Below are positions 12,460 through 24,824 of a stretch of 37,784 nucleotides of DNA, one piece after another; the first letter of the stretch is position 1, and the number at the start of each line of letters is the position of its first letter. The notes under the pieces are model-generated. The model worked only from the letters and a program-made list of their open reading frames with translations, did not search any database and was not told where the DNA came from. The stretch covers positions 1-37,784 of the forward strand of contig JAQGDQ010001499.1 of assembly GCA_030141605.1 (NCBI GenBank), given 5' to 3'. The stretch is from Tubiluchus corallicola (Eukaryota; Animalia; Priapulida). The position numbers and the translations under genes were made by a program.

Positions 12460-13836
12460 CACGAAGAAATCGTAGCATTGTGCAGTGAAATATGACGTCA
12501 TGGAAGTATATTATAATATGTGTATGAATATGCCGACATGATTAATCTGTGAAGGATCAAGGAGTGTAATCATGATCAGGAAATAGGTTGTGTTCTGCAA
12601 TTTTGCTTAAAATCACTCTGAAGTTTGTGCTGTAACTTTTGGTTATTGTCGCGGAAGTTCGGCTTAATTACTTCGCGTTGATTAACTTGACCTTTAAGTA
12701 TTACATTGTGTCTTCTTGCCTCATTCCCTCCCTTTTTTAGGCTTGTTACAGCTTTGATATAGCTTAAATTTCCCTCTAATCTTACTGTACTTATTTGCTT
12801 CTGAATGACCTTTTACATTAATAGAGTTCTAGTTTTCTGTATTTAAGCTGTGTAAGACAGGTCTACCTTGAACATTTAGACCTGTGGGCTAGCCAGGCTA
12901 TGTTCCGCTGTGTTTTAGTATAGTGCTCTTTCAGTATTGATAATTATGTTATCTATGTACCTGATAGTATAGATGTTATAATATAATTCCTCGTGACTTG
13001 TTAATGATAGTTTTTTATTATTTGATTGAAAAAGCTAACAGGCTTAATAATTGTGGGCAAAGTTTAATTTCAGTAACAGCTCTCCCACCTATTTCATTGC
13101 CCACAGTTATCTTTCGTCCTTATATTCCTCATTGATTAGAGTTGCTGGCTTCCAATCAAGACCTTTGAATTAAAAATGCAGTTGCAAGTAAAGAAACACC
13201 GGAGTTTTTCAAGTCGTTGAAGTTAGTGAAGCATCTTTTGATTGTAGCCTGAAGGACCTTAAGGACCTCGTCACTTAATCACTAATTTGACCTCGGGGTT
13301 TCTATTGATCTTACGTCACTTTTAGTTACGTCATTCTTCTGTCTTTCTGAAGTTCACACGTCCCACATTGGTTTGGCGCCGCCACCAATCTTTTACATGC
13401 GCCTGGTGTAACCACGTGACTTGTGCTTTGTTTCTTGTCCTTATGAAACGTTGTCTTTGAAGAATTTCGATTGGTTGATTGGTTAATGTGGTTTGAAGCG
13501 GCAGTAAAATTAATCACATTACATCTGAACAACGCAGACTTTAGAATTGTCTGGAATGCCATCCTAATTTAATTGTAGCGACTGAAATCAGAAGCTGCTG
13601 CTCGCGGCCATGTGCCAATGCTTTGTCCCGCTTTCAGATTTTTAGCTTTTTGATCATTTCTTGGGTCTGTCAAATAGAAAGCAGTCAAATCCAGAGCTGA
13701 TAGATAGTAGAAAAATTTTAGCTTCTGCTCTTTAACAAGATTCAGGAAAGAACTAACAAATAAAGGTGCAGTTCATTCAGAATTTAGAAAGAACTGGTAG
13801 TTAATGGTCGGTTCATAACAGCTGAGCTACCGGAAG

Positions 13837-14154
13837 TTGTTCAAATTTTTACTAACACAACCACTAGGAAAATATGATAGACTAGCAGAAACTAGAGCAT
13901 TCTCGTTGTTGTTAAGCAGAGGTTGTAAAGCTTTTAAGCACAGGTTAGGATTAGTTGAAGATAACAAGTGTCATTGTGGTAACATCCAAGCACCGGAACG
14001 TTTAATTTTTCACTGCCAACTAGTATCAGATAAACACAGAACAGCATTAGAAAATGCAATTGATAATAGACATACAAGAAATATATACAGACAGTGTGAC
14101 GAAAATGTTTTAAAACTGCATTTAAAAATTGTGCATCACTTGATTATAATATAG
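13837..14154 (+). mobile_element. Degenerate 3' fragment of a non-LTR retrotransposon ORF2 (R1/I-group-like C-terminal zinc knuckle)
   Basis: Translation ...KAFKHRLGLVEDNKCHCGNIQAPERLIFHC... fits the HRxG..C.CG..Q..EH.IF.C pattern that ends non-LTR RT ORFs, with His replaced by Arg. An AT-rich tail follows. Confidence 0.55.
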
Positions 14155-14290
14155 ACTATTAAGTAATTAAAATTGATGTTAGCTATAAAATAGACTAGTG
14201 TAATTAATTAATAATGTTACTAACAATAATTTTAATAAAATCTGTTTTTTTCTGAACAAAGATTTATAAAAAATAGCTGGGAAGAGCTGC

Positions 14291-14927
14291 TGGCAGATGA
14301 AGGTCAGTTCATTATTGTTGGCAAGAAATGGCAATAGATGAAGTCAGTTCATTATCGTTGGCAAGAAATGGCAACAGATGAAGTCAGTTCATTGTCGTTG
14401 GCAAGAAATGGCAACAGATGAAGGTCAGTTTATTATTGATGGTAAGAAATGGCAACAGATGAAGGTCAGTTCATTATTGTTGGCAAGAACTGGCAACAGA
14501 TGAAGGTCAGTTCATTATTGTTGGCAAGAAATGGCAACAGATGAAGGTCAGCTCATTATTGTTGACAAGAAGTGACAACAGATGAAGGTCAGTTCATTAT
14601 TGTTGACAAGAAGTGACAACAGATAAAGGTCAGCTCATTATTGTTGGCAAGAACTGCAACAGATGAAGGTCAGCTCATTATTGTTGGCAAGAACTGGCAA
14701 CAGATAAAGGTCAGCTCATTATTGTTGACAAGAAGTGACAACAGATAAAGGTCAGTGCGTTATTGTTGGCAAGAACTGCAACAGATGAAGGTCAGTTCGT
14801 TATTTTTGGAAAGAAGTGACAACAGATGAAGGTCACTTCATTGACAACAGATGGAGGTCAGTTCATTATTGTTGACAAGAAGTGACAACAGATGAAGGTC
14901 AGTGCGTTATTGTTGACAAGAAGTGAC
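14291..14927. repeat. ~41-bp minisatellite, ~15-16 copies
   Basis: Unit aacagatgaaggtcagttcattattgttggcaagaaatggc with small indels. Confidence 0.95.
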
Positions 14928-15205
14928 TGTTTTTGGAATTACCCGAATGTTTTTCTGTTAAAGTTCGCAAGACACTGCAAGGTGTTTGATACATGTGATC
15001 GAAAATAAGGTATTCAAACCTCTCCTGGGCTAGTTTAGCCTTCAGTAAAGTCCTTACAGAAGTCGCATTAAGAATAGCATTAGCATTATCTGATTAAAAC
15101 AACCAAAAATAAATAAAAACTCTACATCTTGGAGCTGAAATGATGTGAAGAGAAGCCATCTCTCGACGGTGGATTAGCATCGACGGGCGAGTATAGTCAT
15201 GCTGG

Positions 15206-18177
15206 AAAACATACGTGTATCTTGTGTTTTATTCGATGCATTTTATTCCCACTATGGTTGCGTGTAGATTTCTACACGAGCAAAACATACGTGTATCTTG
15301 TGTTTTATTCAATGCATTTTATTCCCACTATGGTTGCGTGTAGATTTCTACACGAGCAAAACATACGTGTACCTTGTGTTTTATTCGATGCATTTTATTC
15401 CCACTATGGTTGCGTGTAGATTTCTACACGAGCAAAACATACGTGTATCTTGTGTTTTATTCGATGCATTTTATTCCCACTATGGTTGCGTGTAGATTTC
15501 TACACGAGCAAAACATACGTGTATCTTGTGTTTTATTCGATGCATTTTATTCCCACTATGGTTGCTTGTAGATTTCTACACGAGCAAAACATACTTGTAT
15601 CTTGTGTTTATTCATTTGTTTTTAATTTGCTTTTATTGGTTTTGTTTTTGTTTTTTTTGGTTGTGTTTTTGAAAACATACGTCTTGTGTTTTATTCGATG
15701 CATTTTATTCCCACTATGGTTGCTTGTAGATTTCTACACGAGCAAAACATACGTGTATCTTGTGTTTTATTCGATGCATTTTATTCCCACTATGGTTGCT
15801 TGTAGATTTCTACACGAGCAAAACATACGTGTATCTTGTGTTTTATTCGATGCATTTTATTCCCACTATGGTTGCTTGTAGATTTCTACACGAGCAAAAC
15901 ATACGTGTATCTTGTGTTTTATTCAATGCATTTTATTCCCACTATGGTTGCGTGTAGATTTCTACACGAGCAAAACATACTTGTATCTTGTGTTTTATTC
16001 GATGCATTTTATTCCCACTATGGTTGCGTGTAGATTTCTACACGAGCAAAACATACGTGTATCTCGTGTTTTATTCAATGCATTTTATTCCCACTATGGT
16101 TGCTTGTAGATTTCTACACGAGCAAAACATACGTGTATCTCGTGTTTTATTCGATGCATTTTATTCCCACTATGGTTGCGTGTAGATTTCTACACGAGCA
16201 AAACATACGTGTATCTTGTGTTTTATTCAATGCATTTTATTCCCACTATGGTTGCGTGTAGATTTCTACACGAGCAAAACATACGTGTATCTTGTGTTTT
16301 ATTCGATGCATTTTATTCCCACTATGGTTGCGTGTAGATTTCTACACGAGCAAAACATACGTGTATCTTGTGTTTTATTCGATGCATTTTATTCCCACTA
16401 TGGTTGCTTGTAGATTTCTACACGAGCAAAACATACGTGTATCTTGTGTTTTATTCGATGCATTTTATTCCCACTATGGTTGCTTGTAGATTTCTACACG
16501 AGCAAAACATACTTGTATCTTGTGTTTTATTCGATGCATTTTATTCCCACTATGGTTGCGTGTAGATTTCTACACGAGCAAAACATACGTGTATCTTGTG
16601 TTTTATTCGATGCATTTTATTCCCACTATGGTTGCTTGTAGATTTCTACACGAGCAAAACATACGTGTATCTTGTGTTTTATTCGATGCATTTTATTCCC
16701 ACTATGGTTGCTTGTAGATTTCTACACGAGCAAAACATACTTGTATCTTGTGTTTTATTCGATGCATTTTATTCCCACTATGGTTGCTTGTAGATTTCTA
16801 CACGAGCAAAACATACGTGTATCTTGTGTTTTATTCGATGCATTTTATTCCCACTATGGTTGCGTGTAGATTTCTACACGAGCAAAACATACGTGTATCT
16901 TGTGTTTTATTCGATGCATTTTATTCCCACTATGGTTGCTTGTAGATTTCTACACGAGCAAAACATACTTGTATCTTGTGTTTTATTCGATGCATTTTAT
17001 TCCCACTATGGTTGCTTGTAGATTTCTACACGAGCAAAACATACGTGTATCTTGTGTTTTATTCGATGCATTTTATTCCCACTATGGTTGCTTGTAGATT
17101 TCTACACGAGCAAAACATACGTGTATCTTGTGTTTTATTCGATGCATTTTATTCCCACTATGGTTGCTTGTAGATTTCTACACCAGCAAAACATACTTGT
17201 ATCTTGTGTTTTATTCGATGCATTTGATTCCCACTATGGTTGCTTGTAGATTTCTACACGAGCAAAACATACGTGTATCTTGTGTTTTATTCGATGCATT
17301 TTATTTCCACTATGGTTGCGTGTAGATTTCTACACGAGCAAAACATACGTGTATCTTGTGTTTTATTCGATGCATTTTATTCCCACTATGGTTGCGTGTA
17401 GTTTTCTACACGAGCAAAACATACGTGTATCTTGTGTTTTATTCGATGCATTTTATTCCCACTATGGTTGCGTGTAGATTTCTACACGAGCAAAACATAC
17501 GTGTATCTTGTGTTTTATTCGATGCATTTTATTTCCACTATGGTTGCGTGTAGATTTCTACACGAGCAAAACATACGTGTATCTTGTGTTTTATTCGATG
17601 CATTTTATTCCCACTATGGTTGCGTGTAGTTTTCTACACGAGCAAAACATACGTGTATCTTGTGTTTTATTCAATGCATTTTATTCCCACTATGGTTGCT
17701 TGTAGATTTCTACACCAGCAAAACATACGTGTATCTTGTGTTTTATTCAATGCATTTTATTCCCACTATGGTTGCTTGTAGATTTCTACACGAGCAAAAC
17801 ATACTCGTATCTTGTGTTTTATTCAATGCATTTTATTCCCACTATGGTTGCGTGTAGATTTCTACACGAGCAAAACATACGTGTATCTTGTGTTTTATTC
17901 GATGCATTTTATTCCCACTATGGTTGCTTGTAGATTTCTACACCAGCAAAACATACTTGTATCTTGTGTTTTATTCGATGCATTTGATTCCCACTATGGT
18001 TGCTTGTAGATTTCTACACGAGCAAAACATACGTGTATCTTGTGTTTTATTCGATGCATTTTATTCCCACTATGGTTGCTTGTAGATTTCTACACGAGCA
18101 AAACATACGTGTATCTTGTGTTTTATTCGATGCATTTTATTCCCACTATGGTTGCGTGTAGATTTCTACACGAGCAA
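15206..18177. repeat. 76-bp satellite, ~38 copies, interrupted once by a T-rich patch at ~15614-15671
   Basis: Unit aaaacatacgtgtatcttgtgttttattcgatgcattttattcccactatggttgcgtgtagatttctacacgagc; the ORF starts recur every 76 bp. Confidence 0.98.
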
Positions 18178-18415
18178 TGGACAGTTTCTTTGATTGAAGT
18201 GATAAACGTCTAATTGACCCTTTTCACTGTCTGTTAAGCTGTCCTTTCTACGTTCGTCTGGCAAACACTTATTTCATTACTGAGAAGGAAGAAACGAGAA
18301 ATTAATCAACGGCTAAGCTTTTCTTATTTTAATCTCCGATTCAGAAATTCCTGATTTATAATTTTTGCGAAATAATTGGAGTTTAGTAATTACGATATTA
18401 GTTCACTTTTATTTA

Positions 18416-19572
18416 GGGGTAAGCGGGGTAAGTTGAGAAAGGCACAAAACTGAAATGAAAGAGGGCATTAAATTTAAAAGTTAAGCAAAATGATTATGTG
18501 TATAAAGGAATAAAATGAAAAACATTTAAAGCACAAGAAAATCCTCCACTTACATTAAGCTTAAAAAATTCGTCTCGAAATTTTATACCACTTACATACT
18601 AACTTTTCGTATGCATGGCTTGCATCGGCCGAAACGCTCTACAAAATGTGTAAATTTAAACTAGCTCGATGACCGTTAGACGCAGCCATTTTAATGGTAG
18701 GTCGTTTGAAACCAGTTTTGATAACATTTAGTAAAGTTTGAAAAAAAATCAGAGCATTCGTAGCATACATGTTGCCAATTAAGTAAAATTTTAAATTACT
18801 GTATCTTGTCAATAAGATTAAAAATACGTTTTTGGTTAGTGAGTGGCGCACCCTGGAGGTGAGTCAACGACATTTTACCAACTGGCACAAATATTTAAAT
18901 TATTATTTCTAGTTACACAAGTCTTTCCAGCAGGTAAGTGAAATGCTAAGTAATATTGATTTGCACGGAAAGTTTATTGGGTCATAATTTAACATTGTCT
19001 TTTCTTCCTCTGACTTACGTTGTGCGTATATGACGTCACATAATGGCACCTGAAGTAAGTTTTAGAAAAATCGCCTTAAAGATTTATAATACTCCACAGT
19101 AATTTTATGCACATATTGTACTCGCGTTCAAGGGAATTTTTCTTTGTTTTGATTTTAAATCTGCCGCAATACTGTTCCGTTCTCCATTACATAGCCTCAC
19201 TACGTAAATCAGGAGAAAAAATGCAGTGTTAAGTTAATGTTTGCGCCAATTGGTAAAATGTCGTTGACTCACCCTCCAGGGTGCACCACTCATTAACCAA
19301 AAACATATTTTTAATCTTATTGACAAGATACAGTAATTTAAGATTTTACTTACTTAGTGACGTGTCATTGCGGGAGTTTAAATTTATATGTTTTGTACAG
19401 CGTTATTGTCGACGAAAGCTCCGCACGCAAAAAGGCAGTATGTAAGTGGTATAAAAATTTCAAGACGAATTTCTTAAGCTTTATGTAAGTGGAGGGTTTT
19501 CTTGTGCTTCAAGTCTTTCTGTGTCATTGCCAATCGGTCGTACCACTTGTGCCGCTCTGCCCCACTTTCCCC
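18416..19572. mobile_element. Foldback non-autonomous DNA transposon with long TIRs (pogo/Tc1-mariner-like, TA-flanked)
   Basis: Termini TA-GGGGTAAGCGGGGTA and TGCCCCACTTTCCCC-TA. Arms ~18416-18897 and ~19236-19572 are reverse complements over several hundred bp (e.g. aaattactgtatcttgtcaataagattaaaaat versus atttttaatcttattgacaagatacagtaattt). Confidence 0.8.
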
Positions 19573-20223
19573 TATATATATCAGCAGATAATTATGATAT
19601 TCAGCGGTCAATGGCTTCTTTCATGTAATTGTGCCACGTGCTCATTTCACACAAGCATTATCCAGGCACTTTTTATTATTTTCTGCCTGATCAGATCAAA
19701 CACGTGTTGTTGAAGCCCGCATTGGTTCTGCAGCAATGAGTTTTGCTCGTAATTCGCTCAGACCAACACAGCAGCCGGTATTGGCAAATGAACTGCAAAA
19801 GAAAAATGAAATACGTCCAATTATCTTTACTTAAAGCAAACAATTAACTTAAGCGGCTTCGTGAATAATTTACACCCTGCCGCGCGTCACTTCGCGCGCG
19901 CAAATCTGCCAAAATCGCCGCTAATTAGCGATGATGTTAATTTGCGATGAGGTTGATTTAATGCGTCGTTAATGGCATGGAAACGCAGCCTCCCGAGAAG
20001 ATGCTGGAGAAATTATCTCGTCTAATTAAATTAAGAAAACGCACAAACTTTTTTCTCCGTTTATTAAAATTTATGGAAATGAGTTTAGAGAATAGAAATT
20101 CGAAATTCCATTGCGGGTTATAATATTAGGATGCAAGGCGTCCCTTCCTAATCAGATACATATCAGAATATTGATTTTTCATAAGCGGCTTTTATGACAA
20201 TGTCAGTATTGTCCCCCCCCCGG

Positions 20224-20622
20224 CAATTCAATTCAATTCAATTCAATTCAATTAAAAAGGTTTATTTATCTTTAATATAATATTTATAACGCAAATATAA
20301 CAAATTATGTAAAGTAGGTAGAGATGGGGTGGCGAAAGACCAGGAGGTCATCGAGTCAGCCACCCCTATTAGTATGATATAACTCAGTGAGCTGTAGAGA
20401 CGGGGTGGCGAAAGACCAGGAGGTCATCTAGTCAGCCACCCCTATCAGCATGATATAACTCAGTGAGCTGTAGAGATGGGGTGACGAAAGACCAGGAGGT
20501 CATCGAGTCAGCCACCCCTATCAGCATGATATAACTCAGTGAGCTGTAGAGATGGGGTGACGAAAGACCAGGAGGTCATCTAGTCAGCCACCCCTATTAG
20601 TATGATATAACTCAGTGAGCTG
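20224..20622 (-). mobile_element. 3' end of an L2/CR1-group LINE (or derived SINE) with its stem-loop tandemly amplified
   Basis: Minus strand: GGGGTGGC...GCCACCCC stem-loop, then AT-rich UTR, AATAAA and an (ATTGA)n tail (20224-20253). Confidence 0.55.
20318..20622. repeat. 76-bp tandem repeat, 4 copies (unrelated in sequence to the 15.2-18.2 kb satellite)
   Basis: Units start at 20318, 20394, 20470 and 20546: gtagagatggggtggcgaaagaccaggaggtcatcgagtcagccacccctattagtatgatataactcagtgagct. Confidence 0.95.
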
Positions 20623-20887
20623 CATTTAGCAAACTTCTCATGTCATATCCTTTCTTTTCTTTAGTCATCTTTGTAATTCATCGCTGCCATTTTACACTTA
20701 TTTATGGTACTTTGTAAGTTCGATACGATTTTCTTCTGTCTTGCATGGTTTGAACGGCTTCAGTCTGGCTTCAGATTTTCAGGGTCCTTAGTGATTCAGG
20801 CTGCATGGAAGAGACTCTTGTTTATATATAATTGCCCCCATAGGCTAAAATTCCCCCCGCGCACAAGAAATTAGTTCGTAAAGCTGA

Positions 20888-21048
20888 TTAGGGTTAGCGG
20901 TGGGGTTTTAGTTAGGGTTAAGGTTAAGATTATGATTGGGGTCAGGGTTAGAGTCGGGTTAGGGTTAGGGTTGAATTAGGGTTGAATTAGGGTTGAATTA
21001 GGGTTGAATTAGGGTTGAATTAGGGTTGAATTAGGCTTGGAGTTAAGG
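20888..21048 (+). repeat. Interstitial telomere-like repeats: degenerate TTAGGG plus (TTAGGGTTGAA)6 at 20965-21030
   Basis: Direct inspection; bracketed by aattcccc (20849) and ggggaatt (21063). Confidence 0.85.
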
Positions 21049-22217
21049 TATTTAAATTGTGTGGGGAATTGCAAATTCCGTCCTGACTGCAATTATGTGC
21101 AAATACTACAGTCTGGGCTATATGCTTGCAGCACGCCGAAAGTTAAGCAACATTAGATGATCAGGACACAGATTGAGTCTCAGTCTTACTGTTTGAATCA
21201 TATAATTGTGTAGGTCACTTGAGATCTAATCATGTGAGAATTAACGTCAAGCAAAACGTCAGTTATTCTCAGTCAAGCTCTGCTAACTGCCCAATGAGCG
21301 TGCATGATTTTCACACGCTTACAAAGATCTACTCGTCGCCGTTCTTTCGGGACAACCAGGGACATAAGCTGCAACTATGTGTTGCCAGTATATGTTACGC
21401 TGTTATGAGAAATGCTCAACTTTTTATTAGTTTGCGGAAGGAACACCCGCCAGATTCTAGATTTTATTACAGATCGTCTGCATTATTGCACGGAAATTGC
21501 AAGACAATTGGTAAAAATATACAGTCTAATTCACAGGAACACTTTTGAACTGTTTTGGCTCACCCTGTACAGGAGGTTCTGCTATCTCCAAGTGTCGGCG
21601 CAAATTCGTTTCTTAAACAACCGAATCAACGGCTGTGTCAGAAGACTTGAGTCGGGACGTGAGGCGAATCTTGCTCAGATTTCGAGGACAACCAAAACCA
21701 TTTAATCAAATTGGCAAGCATTTGTATTCTAGCCTCATAAGTAATAATAGCAGAGAAATTGAGAAATCTTGTAAAATGGGCGGGAAATTGTCGTGCTGTA
21801 CAAGCATCTCATTAAAGTAAAAGTCAACATTATTATGCCGAGACAGGAAGAACACAGCGTCAAAATGAAGGGCACCTTTATCATTCTACGTTGCGGGTTA
21901 CAGCGTTGTGGGGTTGAGGTCGTGGGCACCAACGTTTGACTTTGAATGTACAAGCACCAAGTGAACAGACAAGGAGAAATTAATACCAAACATGTTTATT
22001 TGTGACGTAGCCTTTAAATTTTAACTTTGCGTGTGAAAAGTGTCCACAGTTTTGTCAAGCTTCTTTTTATTTCACAATTCTTTTTAATGTTATTAATGAT
22101 ACAGATCGTTTCAATTCAATTATAAACGGTCGCCAAAAATTTACACAACTTTCACACTTACTCGCAGTGAAATATCAAGTAACTAGCTTAATCCACAACC
22201 AAAGAAAAGTAGCAAAA

Positions 22218-22300
22218 TAAATAAGCTTTTTCACAGTTCCAGCGATTGATGATGATTGTGAAAAGGTCAAAGGTTAAATGTGCCAGACAACACGTGTGTA
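22218..22300 (+). repeat. Dispersed repeat, copy 1 (copy 2 at ~37611-37697)
   Basis: Shared gttccagcgattgatgatgatYgtgaaaaggtcaaaggttaa with matching flanks. Confidence 0.85.
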
Positions 22301-22496
22301 CTCTCAGCTCATGCTGTTGTAATACTAACAATTTTAACAGCTAGCTAGAACCTTACTTAGTTCATTTTTTCCTGTTACCGAGAAAGATCCTGCTGGTTAA
22401 TCACTCTTCATCGCACAGACTAATGCATAATTAAAAACCACGTAAAACAACTGAAGTTACTGAACTGATGCGGCAGACGGCTTTGCTCTGCACACA

Positions 22497-22590
22497 TGTT
22501 ACGTGACGGTTGTAATTAAGACGCGTTGCTGTAGTACACTTAACCTTTGGCCTGTAACAACTGCGCATGCGCGCAACGAAACTGTGAATT
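22497..22590 (+). repeat. Dispersed repeat, copy 1 (diverged copy at ~23763-23842)
   Basis: Shared acgtgacggttgtaRttaa...gtaca...tgcgcRtgcgc..aacgaaact.tgaa. Confidence 0.7.
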
Positions 22591-24749
22591 TGTTTTGCAG
22601 GAAGCACACATTTTTCTCTTATTTGTCTGGCAACTACATGCGTGTCTTATTTATGATTAAAGTAACAAATCACAGTTTCATGCCTTATACTCGCTTCGAA
22701 TTCACTGGTTTGTTTAATTCGAAATTAAGAACGTTGACGTTTCTTTTCTTTTTTGTTCACTTTCACACTCTGGAAGCCACGGTCCAGCGTTCGAGTCGCG
22801 AGTCGGTAGTATTGGAGACGAGAACTTCTAACCTAGTTTCTGCGTGGTCATTATTTATTACATGTGTTTGCAGAGCGCATATATATATTTAGGCTGCGCA
22901 ACTACTTGTTGTGTAATATCTTGTACCTGTTCGTTATGTGGCACTTATATAGAAGCTGTATTCGGTAACTGCCTGTGGTGTGTTATAAAATGTGTCCTTT
23001 ACATGAATAAGAAAGTATACATATTTTCCGAGGAGAATAAGGATTTTTTCTAAAATGTGACGCCCTTCAAACTTTGGCGCCCTAGGCTATAGCCTAGTTA
23101 GCCCATTGGTTAATACGCTTCTGGAGGCAGTATGGCGAATAAGCTCTCCAGTTACTGATCAGTCTTGGCTTTGTTTAACTTTGCTCGTAAACTTCAGATC
23201 GCGACTACTCAGATATTTCAACTACATCCAAGTACTAAATTATTAAACAATTATTATTATTAAAGGATTTAGTTATTAAATTATATTAAATGATTCCAAG
23301 GATTGACTAAAAGACTAGTCTCGATCTCAGACATTGTAGTTCCAGACTACGACAGACTCAGAAATGTGAGAATCTGACCAATTAGCATGCAGCATGATCC
23401 TTATTATTAGTCTTGCAGCTTAAAGATTATTACTTCTTTCATTAACCTTATAGTCATCCAGCAAAGCCCTGAAGCCATTGAACATTCTTTGCTGTAATTA
23501 GCGGCTTATTAAACGTTCTCAGTAGGGTTTTGTGATGGCAAACACAGACATACCAGAGACCTGCTTTAATTAAATGTTCAGCAAAACAGAACATCTATAT
23601 CGATTTTCTATGTCATTTCTGAAGCAGTCGCAATGGGTTTGTGTTTTGTTTTTGGCTCAAAATCGTTTAAGGTCAAGATACAGTTTGCAATTGTGTCATA
23701 TAATTTGAAACACAGTAGCACGTAAGATAAGAAAAGGCAATAGAAACTCTGCTACTTTGCGTTGTCACGTGACGGTTGTAGTTAAAAGACGCTGATGTGG
23801 TACAGTACGGCAATTGCGCGTGCGCAGAACGAAACTTTGAAAAGGTTTTTTATCAAATTCTAAAAAGAATGTTTTCTTTCTCTTCTGCTTTCACCTAAAG
23901 ATAGTACAAGCGATAAACTAAATGTCATATTTTTTTCAAATTCTAAATTGCAAAGCTTGTCATTAAGAACATTTTGTATTTTCCGAACGGAGAATTTTTT
24001 AAAGTTTTGCACAAACTATCAAAATGCCAAATATGAACTGGTACTATTTTTCCGGTGTTAAATTATTTGCACAGATAAGAGGTTACTGTGGAAAATTTTC
24101 TGGGTTAAATGTTGAAATTGCGTAGAATTACTCTCTTTCTGTTACCAAAATTGTCCTCCATATTTTGGAAAAAGTTTAATATTCGAAACAACATAATGAT
24201 ATTTTAAATCTTAAGGTGCCAGAAATATCGTTTCGGTCTTAATGCAGTCTGTTCTATCTGAAGCAGCAAAATATCAAAGATTACAAATGCAGTCCCCCCA
24301 CTCCTAAGAATTCTTCAAAGTAACACTTTGGATGTTGCGCTCCCTGTTTTATAACAGACTGAGGGAAAATTCATGCAAAACAGTTGTAAAATAGCTGTAG
24401 GAAAAATTTAATTTATTATGGATTCTTGTCTGGCTTCGAGCATTTAGCAAGCGTGCGAGACGTGAAGAAACTAAAATTTTAAGCTGCAGTTTAACATGAT
24501 TCAGCATCAAGAGTTGATTTAACACTAAAACCGTCCGACATTAACGACCCTTTATCATCCAGCTACTCGCAGAGAAAACAAATTTTTGACGGTGCGTTAA
24601 GTGATCGTGAAATCCACCGCGCACTAAGATAGACTGTAGATGTTAAAGAAGCACATAATTTAAAAAATATTAACGCGACGACTGTTAAACATTTACTTTT
24701 CCCTTGGCATCGTCACTGACAGGTTGTCTAATAACTAGATTAACTTTTA

Positions 24750-24824
24750 CGGCCTGTTTACACGATGCGTTTTTGACGCATGCGTCTGACTCGTGCGTCA
24801 GAAACGCACCGTGTAAATAGGCCC
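24750..24824. mobile_element. ~75-bp palindromic Harbinger/PIF-like mini-MITE
   Basis: GGCCTGTTTACACGATGCGTTTTTGACGCA pairs with TGCGTCAGAAACGCACCGTGTAAATAGGCC. Flanks TTA and TCA resemble a 3-bp TWA TSD. Confidence 0.65.

Noticed and set aside
13326-13680. Minus-strand gag-like remnant
   Set aside because: Only a vague resemblance, with no intact CCHC motif or adjacent pol domain.
15222-18085. Cluster of ~35 genes for 65-aa peptides
   Set aside because: Overlapping ORFs offset by 76 bp with TTG starts; an artefact of the satellite period.
15206-18177. CRISPR array (GTAGAT/TTTCTAC resembles a Cas12a repeat stem)
   Set aside because: There are no unique spacers because the whole 76-bp unit repeats. 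No cas genes, and the context is eukaryotic and intron-containing.
23057-23125. hAT MITE right end (ggcgccctaggc...gcctag)
   Set aside because: No matching left TIR or TSD located.
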